A DNA stretch of 64,000 nucleotides from Sedimentisphaerales bacterium (GCA_040772485.1 JAXGYC010000008.1:160001-224000); one strand, 5' to 3'. Positions 28,765-37,575 are shown, numbered from the stretch's first letter. Numbers and translations are program-made. The notes: a model not told the origin generated them from the sequence alone.

Positions 28765-29025
28765 ATGGCGACAGTAGCAGAACGTGTCAAGGCAGTGACC
28801 GCGCGAGTGCTGAGGGTGCCCCCGGAGGACATTCGTCCGGAGCACAGTTTCGCGGAGGATCTTGGGGCCGAGAGTGTGCAGTCCATCGAACTGGTGGCGA
28901 TGTTCGAAGAGGAGTTCGGCATCGAGATGGACGAGGATGCGGCGTTGTCGGTCGAAACCGTCGGGGCCGCCGTCAAGTTCATCACGAACGTGTGCAAGGA
29001 ACAGGGCGTGGACGTGGAGGAGTAG
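28765..29025 (+). CDS. acpP: Acyl carrier protein
   Basis: Acidic 86-aa protein with DLGAESV (Ppant Ser) and ELV..FEEEFGIE. GGAGG RBS. Confidence 0.88.
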   Translation: MATVAERVKAVTARVLRVPPEDIRPEHSFAEDLGAESVQSIELVAMFEEEFGIEMDEDAALSVETVGAAVKFITNVCKEQGVDVEE

Positions 29026-29055
29026 AACGTCGGCGCCAAGAAGAAAGGAACTCAC

Positions 29056-30450
29056 ATGGGCAAAGCCAAGAAATCCCATCCTCTGGCCGACGCCACGCGG
29101 CCCAATCTGCTCGAAGACATGTTTCCGCATACTCTGCCGCCGCTGATCCGGCTGAACGGACCGATCATCGAACGAATCGACGGCAAGCCGGTGGAATTCG
29201 ACGTTTCCGACATCAAGAGCCGGCCGATCTTCATCAGCGACACGACGTTCCGTGACGGCCAGCAGTCGCTGCCGCCCTACACCATCGATCAGATGGTGCG
29301 CATCTACGACCTCCTGTCGCGGCTGGGCGGTCCGAACGGGGTCGTCCGGCAGACGGAGTTCTTCCTGTACACGAAGAACGACCGGGCGACACTGGACAAG
29401 TGCCGCGAGCTGGGACACAAGTACCCTGAGTGCACCGGCTGGATCCGCGCCGTCAAAGGCGACTTCCGTCTCGTCAAGGAGATGGGGCTCAAGGAAACGG
29501 GCATGCTGACCAGTTGCTCGGACTACCACGTCTTCCAGAAGCTCAAGTTTGCCAGCCGCAAGGCCTGCATCGACAGCTACTGCGAGGTGGTGGCGGCGGC
29601 CTTCGAGGCCGGCGTGCGTCCGCGATGCCACCTGGAGGACATCACCCGGGCCGACATCGAGGGATTCGTCCTGCCCTTCATCGATCGTCTCATGGAGATG
29701 AGCGAGCAGGTTCCCGAGGAGCTCAGCGTCAAGATTCGCCTGTGTGACACCATGGGCTTCGGGATCAGCTATCCGGGCGCTGAACTGCCTCGCAGCATTC
29801 CCAAGCTCATCTACAAACTCAATCGCGAGTGCGGGGTCCCGAGCGATCGGCTCGAATGGCACGGCCACAATGACTTCCACAAGGTCCACATCAACGGCTC
29901 CACCGCGTGGCTGTACGGCTGCGACGTGGTCAACACGACCTTGTTCGGCTTCGGCGAGCGAACGGGCAATCCGCCTCTGGAAGGCGCGATCTTCGAGTAC
30001 ATCGCCCTGAAAGGGGACACCTGCGGGATCGACACCCTGGCCATCACGGAGCTGGCAGAGTACATGCGATCCATCGGCCTGCCTATTCCCGAAAACTATC
30101 CCTTCGCCGGACGGGGTTTCAACACGACCCGCGCCGGGATCCATGCCGGCGGGCTGCGCCAGGACGAACGCATCTACAACATCTTCGACACGGAAAAGCT
30201 GCTGGGCCGGCCGCCGCGCGTGGCGATCACCGACAAGAGCGGCGCCGACGGAGTGGCCCACTGGCTCAACGAGTTCTTCGGTCTCAAAGGAGAGGACCGC
30301 ATCAACAAGATCAAGGTGCACAAGCTGGCCCGCTGGGTCATCGACCAGTACGACGAGGAAGGCCGCCTGACCGCCATCAGCGACAAGGAGCTGGAGGCGA
30401 AAGCCAAAGAATTCTATCCCGAATACTGGAAGAAATACAAACAGGCATAG
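29056..30450 (+). CDS. Re-citrate synthase-like enzyme (DRE-TIM / isopropylmalate-homocitrate synthase family)
   Basis: DTTFRDGQQS, VRQTEFFLY, SCSDYH, RCHLEDITRAD, WHGHNDF, GERTGN, TRAGIHAGGL. No LeuA regulatory domain. Confidence 0.8.
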   Translation: MGKAKKSHPLADATRPNLLEDMFPHTLPPLIRLNGPIIERIDGKPVEFDVSDIKSRPIFISDTTFRDGQQSLPPYTIDQMVRIYDLLSRLGGPNGVVRQTEFFLYTKNDRATLDKCRELGHKYPECTGWIRAVKGDFRLVKEMGLKETGMLTSCSDYHVFQKLKFASRKACIDSYCEVVAAAFEAGVRPRCHLEDITRADIEGFVLPFIDRLMEMSEQVPEELSVKIRLCDTMGFGISYPGAELPRSIPKLIYKLNRECGVPSDRLEWHGHNDFHKVHINGSTAWLYGCDVVNTTLFGFGERTGNPPLEGAIFEYIALKGDTCGIDTLAITELAEYMRSIGLPIPENYPFAGRGFNTTRAGIHAGGLRQDERIYNIFDTEKLLGRPPRVAITDKSGADGVAHWLNEFFGLKGEDRINKIKVHKLARWVIDQYDEEGRLTAISDKELEAKAKEFYPEYWKKYKQA

Positions 30451-30537
30451 GCCGGAAGCGTCCGGCCGATGGTCGTGACCGCGATGAGCATCGGCATCAG
30501 GCGTTCAAGATGCCTCTACGGCCGCGCTATGAACAGA

Positions 30538-30580
30538 CGCGTGGGATGGGCCGGAAAAGCGCCCATCCCACGCGGTGTTT
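30538..30580. terminator. Strong hairpin between convergent genes, probable (bidirectional) terminator or REP
   Basis: CGCGTGGGATGGGC...GCCCATCCCACGCG 14-bp stem followed by GTGTTTT. Confidence 0.6.
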
Positions 30581-30621
30581 TCTGTGCATGTTGACCGTGG
30601 CTATCGGAGGAACCCCTCACA

Positions 30622-32205
30622 TCAGTTGTCGAGAATCTCCTCCGCTCGTCCCTCATCAACCTCCATGACGTGACGGAGGCCTGTGATCTCGGCCGCTTCG
30701 GGGGTCAGAGCCGCCAGGTCGTCGCGAGACAGATACTCCAGCGAGAACTTCCGGCAGCCCGCCATCAGTTGCCGCAGGCCTTGGGCCAGTCTCTCGTAGT
30801 ACGTGTACAGACCGATGGCGCCAGTGGGAAGCTTCTCGAAGTCGCCATTGCCGAACTCTTTGCGCAGCTCGCTGGCGGTGACGAAGATCTCGTCTCTCGT
30901 CGAGCCGAACCGCTCGACGTAGACCGGGAGCTGATGCGCGTCGATGGCCCGGCCGATGGTCTTGCCCACCATTGCCGCCGCAACAGGCGAGCGGGCCATC
31001 CCAATCAACTTGACGTAGGGTGCCCCGAGGGAAAGGCCCTTGAAGATCAGGTCCTCAAACGTGAACCCGCCTCCGACGGCCAGCGCCGGCAAGTAACGGT
31101 TCCTGTCGGCCAGATGCTTGGCATACCGGTACAGAAGCGAATGAAGGTGTATGGGCGGCACACCCCATTCGTTCATCATCCGCCACGGGCTCATGCCGGT
31201 CCCGCCGGAGGCGCCGTCTACGGTGAGCAGGTCGAGCTTGCACTTGGAGGCGAAGCTCAGAGCCCGCGCCAGGTCGGCGGGCCGGTAGGCGCCGGTCTTC
31301 AGGAAGATGTACTTGGCCCCGGCGCGGCGAAGCTCTTCGATCCGCTGAGCGAACGATTCCTCCGACACCATCCCGACGCGAGAGTGCCGCTCAAACTCCT
31401 TGAAGTGGCCATGCTGGAACGCCTCGATGACCGCCGGATCCGTCGGGTCCGGCAGCACGATGTACCCTCGCTCGTGCAGAAGCTGCGCTTTCTTCAGGTC
31501 GCGAATCTTGACCTCGCCGCCGATGTTCTTGGCGCCCTGCCCCCATTTGATCTCGACGCACTCGACGCCCAGCTCGCCGATCGCGTACTCCTGCACGCCC
31601 AGACGTGTGTCCTCGACGTTCGCCTGGACGATGATCGCTCCGTATCCGTCGCGTTGATACTCCCGATACAGCTTCACGCGCCGCTTGAGGTCCACCGTGT
31701 CGAGAACGCGACCGTTCTTGATGGTGGCCTGGACATCCATGCCCGCAACGTTCTCACCGATCGTCAGCCCGGTCCCTGCGAGGGCCGAGCCGGCAGCCAG
31801 TCCCTCCCAGTTGTTCTTGGCGATGTCGGTAGACCCGATCCCGGAAATCAGCCAGGGGTAGCGGAACTTGACTCCCTTGTCATGTCCGATGCGGACTTCG
31901 AGATTCACAGCGGGGAAGATCGCCTTGTCGCTATCCGGCTCGATCCCGTGCGCGCCGACGCAGGTCCCCATGATGTTCAGGTGCGAGTAATCCACCGGGT
32001 AAACCTTCTCCGACGCGGTCGTGATGACGCCGAAGGGCTGCGGGTAGATCACCTCATGGCCGCGATAGGCGGACTTGCCGATCTCGCACATGCCGATGCA
32101 ACCGTCCACACACGTCACGCACATGCCCGAGGTTGGTGTCACGGAGCCTTCCGTACGGTTCTTCGTAAGCGTGGCGGCGGACGAGTTCACTCTCGAAAGG
32201 GACAT
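30622..32205 (-). CDS. Stand-alone FMN-binding glutamate synthase family protein
   Basis: EIKWGQGAK.IGGE, LKTG, TVDGASGGTG, IGMARS, N-terminal C..C..GC...C cluster. No GATase or GXGXG domain. Confidence 0.9.
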   Translation of the reverse strand: MSLSRVNSSAATLTKNRTEGSVTPTSGMCVTCVDGCIGMCEIGKSAYRGHEVIYPQPFGVITTASEKVYPVDYSHLNIMGTCVGAHGIEPDSDKAIFPAVNLEVRIGHDKGVKFRYPWLISGIGSTDIAKNNWEGLAAGSALAGTGLTIGENVAGMDVQATIKNGRVLDTVDLKRRVKLYREYQRDGYGAIIVQANVEDTRLGVQEYAIGELGVECVEIKWGQGAKNIGGEVKIRDLKKAQLLHERGYIVLPDPTDPAVIEAFQHGHFKEFERHSRVGMVSEESFAQRIEELRRAGAKYIFLKTGAYRPADLARALSFASKCKLDLLTVDGASGGTGMSPWRMMNEWGVPPIHLHSLLYRYAKHLADRNRYLPALAVGGGFTFEDLIFKGLSLGAPYVKLIGMARSPVAAAMVGKTIGRAIDAHQLPVYVERFGSTRDEIFVTASELRKEFGNGDFEKLPTGAIGLYTYYERLAQGLRQLMAGCRKFSLEYLSRDDLAALTPEAAEITGLRHVMEVDEGRAEEILDN

Positions 32206-32226
32206 CGCAGGGTACCTCCTTTGTTC

Positions 32227-32904
32227 CTATGGTTTCTTGATCTCGCAGGCGACGCATGGGTCCATGTAACACATCATGTCATCGAACGGGTCCTTCTCCA
32301 GGCACGGCGGACTGAGATTGGCGCAGCCGCCGCAGATTGCCTTCTCCGGCTGCGTATAGGTGCACCGCAGCGAGCAGGCGGGACAGACATAGATACAGCC
32401 CCCGCATTGCCGGCAGACGTCCGAGGGAATATCGAACGGCGTTCCAATGCTGCGGTTTTGCCCTCTGCCGCGGAAGCCGATAGCCTTCGCCATCATCTGC
32501 TCTTCGCACATGTGCACGCACCGGCCGCAGAGAATGCACTCTTCGTACTCCTGTCGAAACCGCTGTTTGGTCACCTCGTACTTCGAGGCAAGGTCCTGGA
32601 TGGTCTTCGATTGAGGACAGGACGCCAGCAACAGCTCGAGGATCATCTTGCGCGCCCGAACGACCCGCTTCGACGCCGTGCGCACCTTCAATCCCGGTTC
32701 GGCCGGATACGTGCAGGAAGACACGAGCTTGGCGCCGGGGCCTTCGCCGATCTCCACGACGCAAAGCCGACAGGCGCCATAGGGCGTCAGACCCTCCATG
32801 TGACAAAGCGTGGGGATGGGAAAACCCAAGAACTTCGCCGCATCGAGGATGGTGGACCCCTTCTCGACGGTGACGTCCAGTCCGTTTATGGTAAGCGTTA
32901 TCAT
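32227..32904 (-). CDS. NuoG/HydA N-terminal-like FeS subunit ([2Fe-2S] + 2x[4Fe-4S] + Cys-rich tail), no catalytic domain
   Basis: IPTLCH...GACRLC...SC, CILCGRCVHMC, CRQCGGCIYVCP, then further Cys residues. Confidence 0.9.
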   Translation of the reverse strand: MITLTINGLDVTVEKGSTILDAAKFLGFPIPTLCHMEGLTPYGACRLCVVEIGEGPGAKLVSSCTYPAEPGLKVRTASKRVVRARKMILELLLASCPQSKTIQDLASKYEVTKQRFRQEYEECILCGRCVHMCEEQMMAKAIGFRGRGQNRSIGTPFDIPSDVCRQCGGCIYVCPACSLRCTYTQPEKAICGGCANLSPPCLEKDPFDDMMCYMDPCVACEIKKP

Positions 32905-35900
32905 GCCTGATTTTCTCCGATGGCGGCCGGCTGCGGCGTCTGGGTGAATGCGAGATCACAGCGCAGGCACCGCCGGGCCTCGGCCCGAGCCTGCTCCTCA
33001 GACAGAGACCGTTCGACCTCATTGAAGTTCTTTCTGCGTCCCTTTACCGGCAGCACCGGCGGGACCGCGCGGGCCGCGCTCCCCAGTTCCTCCTCGCTGA
33101 CGACCGCCGGCTCCAGGAACACGGTCGGCAGCTTCGCCCGAGCCGGCTCGGCCAGCGTCTCGCCTCGCAGGTATCGATCGATGATGCGCGCAACCTTCTT
33201 GCCGGCGGCAATCGCGTCGATGACGGTGTTCGGACCGGTTACGAGGTCCCCGCCCGCAAAGACGCCTTTGGTGCTGGTGGCCAGGGTCTTCGGATCGACC
33301 CTGACCCGGCCGGCCTTGTCCGTCTCGATGCCCATCCCGGCCAGGCATTCACTCTGCGGACGCTCGCCGATCGCCACAATCAACGTGTCCAGTTGCAGCG
33401 TGAATTCGGTTCCCGGCACCGGAACGGGCTTGCGCCGCCCGCTTGCATCCAGTTCGCCCAAGCGGTTGCGAACGCACTGAATGCCCACCATGCGTCCTTC
33501 GCGCGAGAAGATCCGCACGGGCGACACGAGCGTCTCCAGCTCCACACCCTCGCGAAGCGCCGCTTCGATTTCCTCCTGCCGGACGTGAATCTTGACCGGA
33601 GACACCAGCGTCTCGATCGTCACGCCCTCTTCCAGGGCAGCCTCGACCTCCTCCTCGTAGGCGGGCATCTCGTCGCGGGTGCGCCGGTACAGGAGCGTCA
33701 CGCCCGTGACGTTCTTCTGCCGCAGCGCCACGCGGGCGGCATCCACCGCGGAATTCCCGCCGCCGACAATCCCGACGTGCCCGTGCGCCAGCTCCTCGCC
33801 TCGGAGGTTGAACGCCTTGAGGAACTGCATGGAGGGATAGACGCCCTCCAGGTCTTCTCCTTCCAACTCCAGGCGCCAGCTTTCGTGCGCCCCCATGGCC
33901 AGGAAGACCGCCTGGAATCCCTCGGCGAACAGCTTCTGGATAGTCGTATCCTTGCCGAGAACGACGCCGTGCCGCACGGCGATGTTCTCATTCATCAGCG
34001 TTTTGATTTCGTCACGGACGATCTGCCTCGGGAGCCGGTAGGCCGGCAGCGAACATGCCAGCATCCCGCCGGACTCCTGCTCCGCCTCGATCACCGTCAC
34101 CTTGTGCCCGAGAAGCGACAGGCCGTGTGCGGCGGCAAGCCCCGCCGGACCGGCGCCGACCACCGCCACCTTCTTCGCCTGGCCGTTCGTGGACCGCACG
34201 TCAGGGCGGTACACAGCAGGGTCAACGCGGTCGGTCACGAACCGCTTCATCGCACGCACCGCAATCGATTCGCCCCCGCTGACGCCCAGGCTGCAGCGAT
34301 GCTCGCACTTGCGGTCGCAGACCCGGGCGCTGACGGCCGGGAACGGATTCGCCTCGCGGATGACCCGGTACGCCTCTTCATACCGCCCCTGTTCGATCAG
34401 CGCCAGGTAACGCCACGGCTCGGTATCCACCGGACAGGCCGCCTGGCAGGGCGCGCCAACCAGGTTCTTGCACACGAACGCGTCGCACCGCTTGTCCTCG
34501 ATGTGCCGGCGGTACTCGTCGCGGAAGTATTTCAAGGTGCTTAGCACCGGGTTCGGCGCGGATTGGCCCAGGGCGCACATCGTCGTGTCTTTCACGACGA
34601 GGGCCAGTTCTTCCAGCAGGTCGAGGTGGCCGGGCGTTGCCTTGCCCTGGGAAATGTCTTCGAGAATCTCGTACATCCGCTGCGTGCCCTTGCGGCAGGT
34701 CAGGCACTTGCCGCAGGACTCGTCCTTGAGGAAGTTCATGAAGTACCGGGCGACGTCCACCATGCAGGTGTTCTCGTCCATGACGATCATGCCGCCGGAA
34801 CCCATGATCGAACCGACCTTGGCCAGGCTGTCGTAGCTGATGGGCAGGTCGAACATCGAGGCCGGGATGCATCCGCCCGAAGGTCCGCCCGTCTGCACCG
34901 CTTTGACCCGCGTCTTGCCGATGGGGCCTCCGCCGATCTCATAGACCACGTCTTTGATCGGCGTGCCCAGGGGAACTTCGACAAGGCCCGTATTGCGGAT
35001 CTTGCCCACCAGAGAGAAGATCTTCGTTCCGGTGTTGCCCTGGACCCCCATCGCCGCAAAGGCCGGAGCGCCCCGGCGCAGAATATACGACACGTTGGCC
35101 AGCGTCTCGACGTTGTTGATGCAGGTCGGGGCGCCGAAGATGCCCTTGGCGATCGGGTACGGCGGTCGCTGTCGCGGCTCGCCCATCCGTCCTTCGATGG
35201 ACTTGATCAGGGCTGTCTCTTCGCCGCAGACGAAGGCGCCGGCGCCGCGCACGATGTCGATGTCGAATCGGAGTCCCGATCCGAGGATGTTGTCACCGAG
35301 CAGGCCCATGTCACGCGCCTGCCGCAGCGCAATCTGCGAATGCTTGATCGCCAGGGGGTACTCGCTGCGAACGTAGATGACCCCGTGCGTGGCGCCGGTG
35401 CCCGCAGCGGCGATGAGCATGCCCTCGATGATCGCGTGGGGATTGCCTTCCAGGATGCTGCGGTCCATGTAGGCGCCGGGGTCGCCTTCGTCGGCGTTGC
35501 AGACGAGGTACTTGCCGTGGGGCCCCGGTTGCTGAGCGAACATCTCCCACTTGCGCCCCGTCGGGAAGCCGCCGCCGCCTCGGCCGCGAAGCTGCGAGGT
35601 CTTGATCTGCTCGACCACCCACCCCGGGTCGTTGCGCCCCAGCGCCTGGACCAGCGCGCCGTAACCGCCGTGCGCGATGTAGTCCTCGATACGCGTGGGG
35701 TCCACGTTCTCGTTTTCTCGAAGGATGCCGCGGACCTGGTTGGCGAAGAAGCCGATATCGTCCTGTCGTTCGACGGGTCTTCCGAACGATTCAACGAGCA
35801 GGAGCTTGCGAACCACCTGTCCTTGCGCCGCCGCCAGGACGATTTGCTCGACGTCTTTGGGATCGACCTTCGGGTAGAATGTCCGCCTCGGCTCCACAAG

Positions 35901-36134
35901 GAGCGACGGCTCCATCTGGCAGAACCCATGGCAGCCGGTGATGCGCAGCCGCACCTTGCCGGTCAGATGATGAGCCAGAATGGCGCGCTGTGCTTCTTGG
36001 ATGAGCCGAGCGGCGCCGCTGGCGATTCCACAGGTGCCCGCGGGCACCACGATCGTCACCGCCTCGCCGTTGCCTTGTTCCTGCAAACGGTTGTGCAAGG
36101 CCTTGAAATCATCGATGGAGCTCAGTTGTTTCAT
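32901..36134 (-). CDS. NuoF/HydB-like FMN/NADH subunit fused to a GltD/NfnB-like FAD/NAD(P)H domain
   Basis: Thioredoxin-like 2Fe-2S N-terminus (TGCHGFC), GRGGGGFP, NADEGDPGAYMDR, GAFVCGEETAL, ESCGKC..CR, then CQAACP, GAGPAGL, GGGNSAVD, YRR, FAGGD, RRCLRC. Confidence 0.93.
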   Translation of the reverse strand: MKQLSSIDDFKALHNRLQEQGNGEAVTIVVPAGTCGIASGAARLIQEAQRAILAHHLTGKVRLRITGCHGFCQMEPSLLVEPRRTFYPKVDPKDVEQIVLAAAQGQVVRKLLLVESFGRPVERQDDIGFFANQVRGILRENENVDPTRIEDYIAHGGYGALVQALGRNDPGWVVEQIKTSQLRGRGGGGFPTGRKWEMFAQQPGPHGKYLVCNADEGDPGAYMDRSILEGNPHAIIEGMLIAAAGTGATHGVIYVRSEYPLAIKHSQIALRQARDMGLLGDNILGSGLRFDIDIVRGAGAFVCGEETALIKSIEGRMGEPRQRPPYPIAKGIFGAPTCINNVETLANVSYILRRGAPAFAAMGVQGNTGTKIFSLVGKIRNTGLVEVPLGTPIKDVVYEIGGGPIGKTRVKAVQTGGPSGGCIPASMFDLPISYDSLAKVGSIMGSGGMIVMDENTCMVDVARYFMNFLKDESCGKCLTCRKGTQRMYEILEDISQGKATPGHLDLLEELALVVKDTTMCALGQSAPNPVLSTLKYFRDEYRRHIEDKRCDAFVCKNLVGAPCQAACPVDTEPWRYLALIEQGRYEEAYRVIREANPFPAVSARVCDRKCEHRCSLGVSGGESIAVRAMKRFVTDRVDPAVYRPDVRSTNGQAKKVAVVGAGPAGLAAAHGLSLLGHKVTVIEAEQESGGMLACSLPAYRLPRQIVRDEIKTLMNENIAVRHGVVLGKDTTIQKLFAEGFQAVFLAMGAHESWRLELEGEDLEGVYPSMQFLKAFNLRGEELAHGHVGIVGGGNSAVDAARVALRQKNVTGVTLLYRRTRDEMPAYEEEVEAALEEGVTIETLVSPVKIHVRQEEIEAALREGVELETLVSPVRIFSREGRMVGIQCVRNRLGELDASGRRKPVPVPGTEFTLQLDTLIVAIGERPQSECLAGMGIETDKAGRVRVDPKTLATSTKGVFAGGDLVTGPNTVIDAIAAGKKVARIIDRYLRGETLAEPARAKLPTVFLEPAVVSEEELGSAARAVPPVLPVKGRRKNFNEVERSLSEEQARAEARRCLRCDLAFTQTPQPAAIGENQA

Positions 36135-36137
36135 GGA

Positions 36138-37004
36138 TCATTCCTGACTCTGCCGGTCAGCCGCTTCGACCATTGTGGTATCCAGGTCCAGTCTGCGCCC
36201 CCGGCATCCATGACGCGTGCAGACCAGGAGCGTGGCGCCTTCCTTCACCCGCATCCGGGCCATGTTCGCGCCGCATTCCGGACACCTCTGCTCGTCGGTC
36301 AAATCGCGCTGGCACATCGGACAGGCAAGACGAACAACGGAATCCGCGGGGATGGCGCCCTCGCACGACGATCCGTAACGGCCATGGAAGCAGGACAAAT
36401 GGAGAGCGTTCCGGCTTCCGTTCCAGCAGATCGTCAATCGGATGGAGGGGACGCCGTCGAGCGGATGCGCCGGGTCCATAAGGCTCTGCCGGCAATGGGG
36501 GCACTCAATGGTCAATGGAAAGCCGCAGTCCTCTTGTGGCTCGTCCATCCCCTCGCGCGCCTTTCTCAGAATCTCTGCAACTCTGTTCTTTCCCACATTC
36601 GAGTAGTAGCGCCCGTCGACGACAACGATCGGGCCGAGGGCGCAGCCGCCCAGGCAGTTCACGGTCTCCAAAGTGAACTCGTTGTCCGGGGTGGTCTCGC
36701 CCGGTTGGATCCCCAGTTGCCGACAGATTTCGTCGGCGATGCGCGGCGCGCCGCGCACGTGACAGGCGGTGCCGAGACAGACCGAGACGAGGTGCTTTCC
36801 GCGTGGCTTCAGGCTGAAGGCCTTGTAGAAGGTGGCCACGCCGTAGATGTCGGTCAACGAGCCGCCGGTCGCGGCCGCCACCCGGCGCAGCGCCTCCTGC
36901 GACAAATACCCATACTTCGCCTGGACCTCGCTGAGAATGGACAGCATGCCTCCCAGCGAACCATGACGCTGTGCGACGATCTCCTCAACTACGTGGTCAT
37001 CCAT
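36138..37004 (-). CDS. NuoE/HydC-like [2Fe-2S] subunit with Cys-rich C-terminal extension
   Basis: GVATFY, VCLGTACH, VNCLGGCALGP, then CPHC / CPMC / CPEC / C....C. Confidence 0.92.
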   Translation of the reverse strand: MDDHVVEEIVAQRHGSLGGMLSILSEVQAKYGYLSQEALRRVAAATGGSLTDIYGVATFYKAFSLKPRGKHLVSVCLGTACHVRGAPRIADEICRQLGIQPGETTPDNEFTLETVNCLGGCALGPIVVVDGRYYSNVGKNRVAEILRKAREGMDEPQEDCGFPLTIECPHCRQSLMDPAHPLDGVPSIRLTICWNGSRNALHLSCFHGRYGSSCEGAIPADSVVRLACPMCQRDLTDEQRCPECGANMARMRVKEGATLLVCTRHGCRGRRLDLDTTMVEAADRQSQE

Positions 37005-37055
37005 CGGGACCTCTTGTCAGTGGGGAATGTCGATCCCTGCGACGGGGACATGCCT

Positions 37056-37331
37056 CTAACGGTACTCCTCGCAGTGCCACACGCCGCCGGGCGAACCCTG
37101 CAACGTGCAGGTGTCACGATTCGCGCAATCGCAGCAAAGTCCCATCGCCACATCGAGGGCGGTTTCTTCCTCCTCTGCGACGGGAGCCGCCGGCCTGGAC
37201 ACCTCCAACGGCGTTGAGTCGTCGAACTCCTCACACATCAAGACGGGGAATTTGATGTTCTTGCGTCGGGTGCATACGGGATTGCTGTTGCACGTCAGGC
37301 AAAGGCCCAGAGATCGTTCTCTCAACGCCAT
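37056..37331 (-). CDS. Small Cys-rich protein with two tandem GLCxxC-x5-C...CEE(F/Y) repeats
   Basis: GGGAGG RBS before the ATG at 37331. First ORF after the sigma54 promoter. Internal duplication is visible. Confidence 0.75.
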   Translation of the reverse strand: MALRERSLGLCLTCNSNPVCTRRKNIKFPVLMCEEFDDSTPLEVSRPAAPVAEEEETALDVAMGLCCDCANRDTCTLQGSPGGVWHCEEYR

Positions 37332-37389
37332 CGCGGCAACCTCCCTTTCTTCGTGCACAGTGGTTTCTGACACGGATCACTACTTGCCC

Positions 37390-37405
37390 TGCAATGGCCG
37401 TGCCA
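37390..37405 (-). promoter_or_regulatory. sigma54 (-24/-12) promoter
   Basis: Minus strand TGGCACGGCCATTGCA matches TGGCAC-N5-TTGCW. Adjacent to a GAFTGA activator gene. Confidence 0.85.
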
Positions 37406-37542
37406 CCCCCGGCAGGATTCGACTTCACGACGGACCAATGCGCCGTAAATACCAGTTGTACATGGTCTTACGAATTATGAAAAAGACACTCTCGCGTGTC
37501 GAAGACACCACCCCGAGTGCATCGGCTGGGCATGATGATGGC

Positions 37543-37575
37543 GGGGAGAATTGGACCACCGGGGAGATTCTCCCC
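37543..37575. promoter_or_regulatory. Candidate upstream activator sequences for the sigma54 activator
   Basis: Palindrome GGGGAGATTCTCCCC (37561-37575) preceded by the degenerate copy GGGGAGAATTGGACC, about 140-170 bp upstream of the promoter. Confidence 0.5.

Noticed and set aside
32227..37004. [FeFe]-hydrogenase, formate dehydrogenase or complex I
   Set aside because: No H-cluster or molybdopterin domain and no membrane Nuo subunits. Only the diaphorase/FeS module is present.
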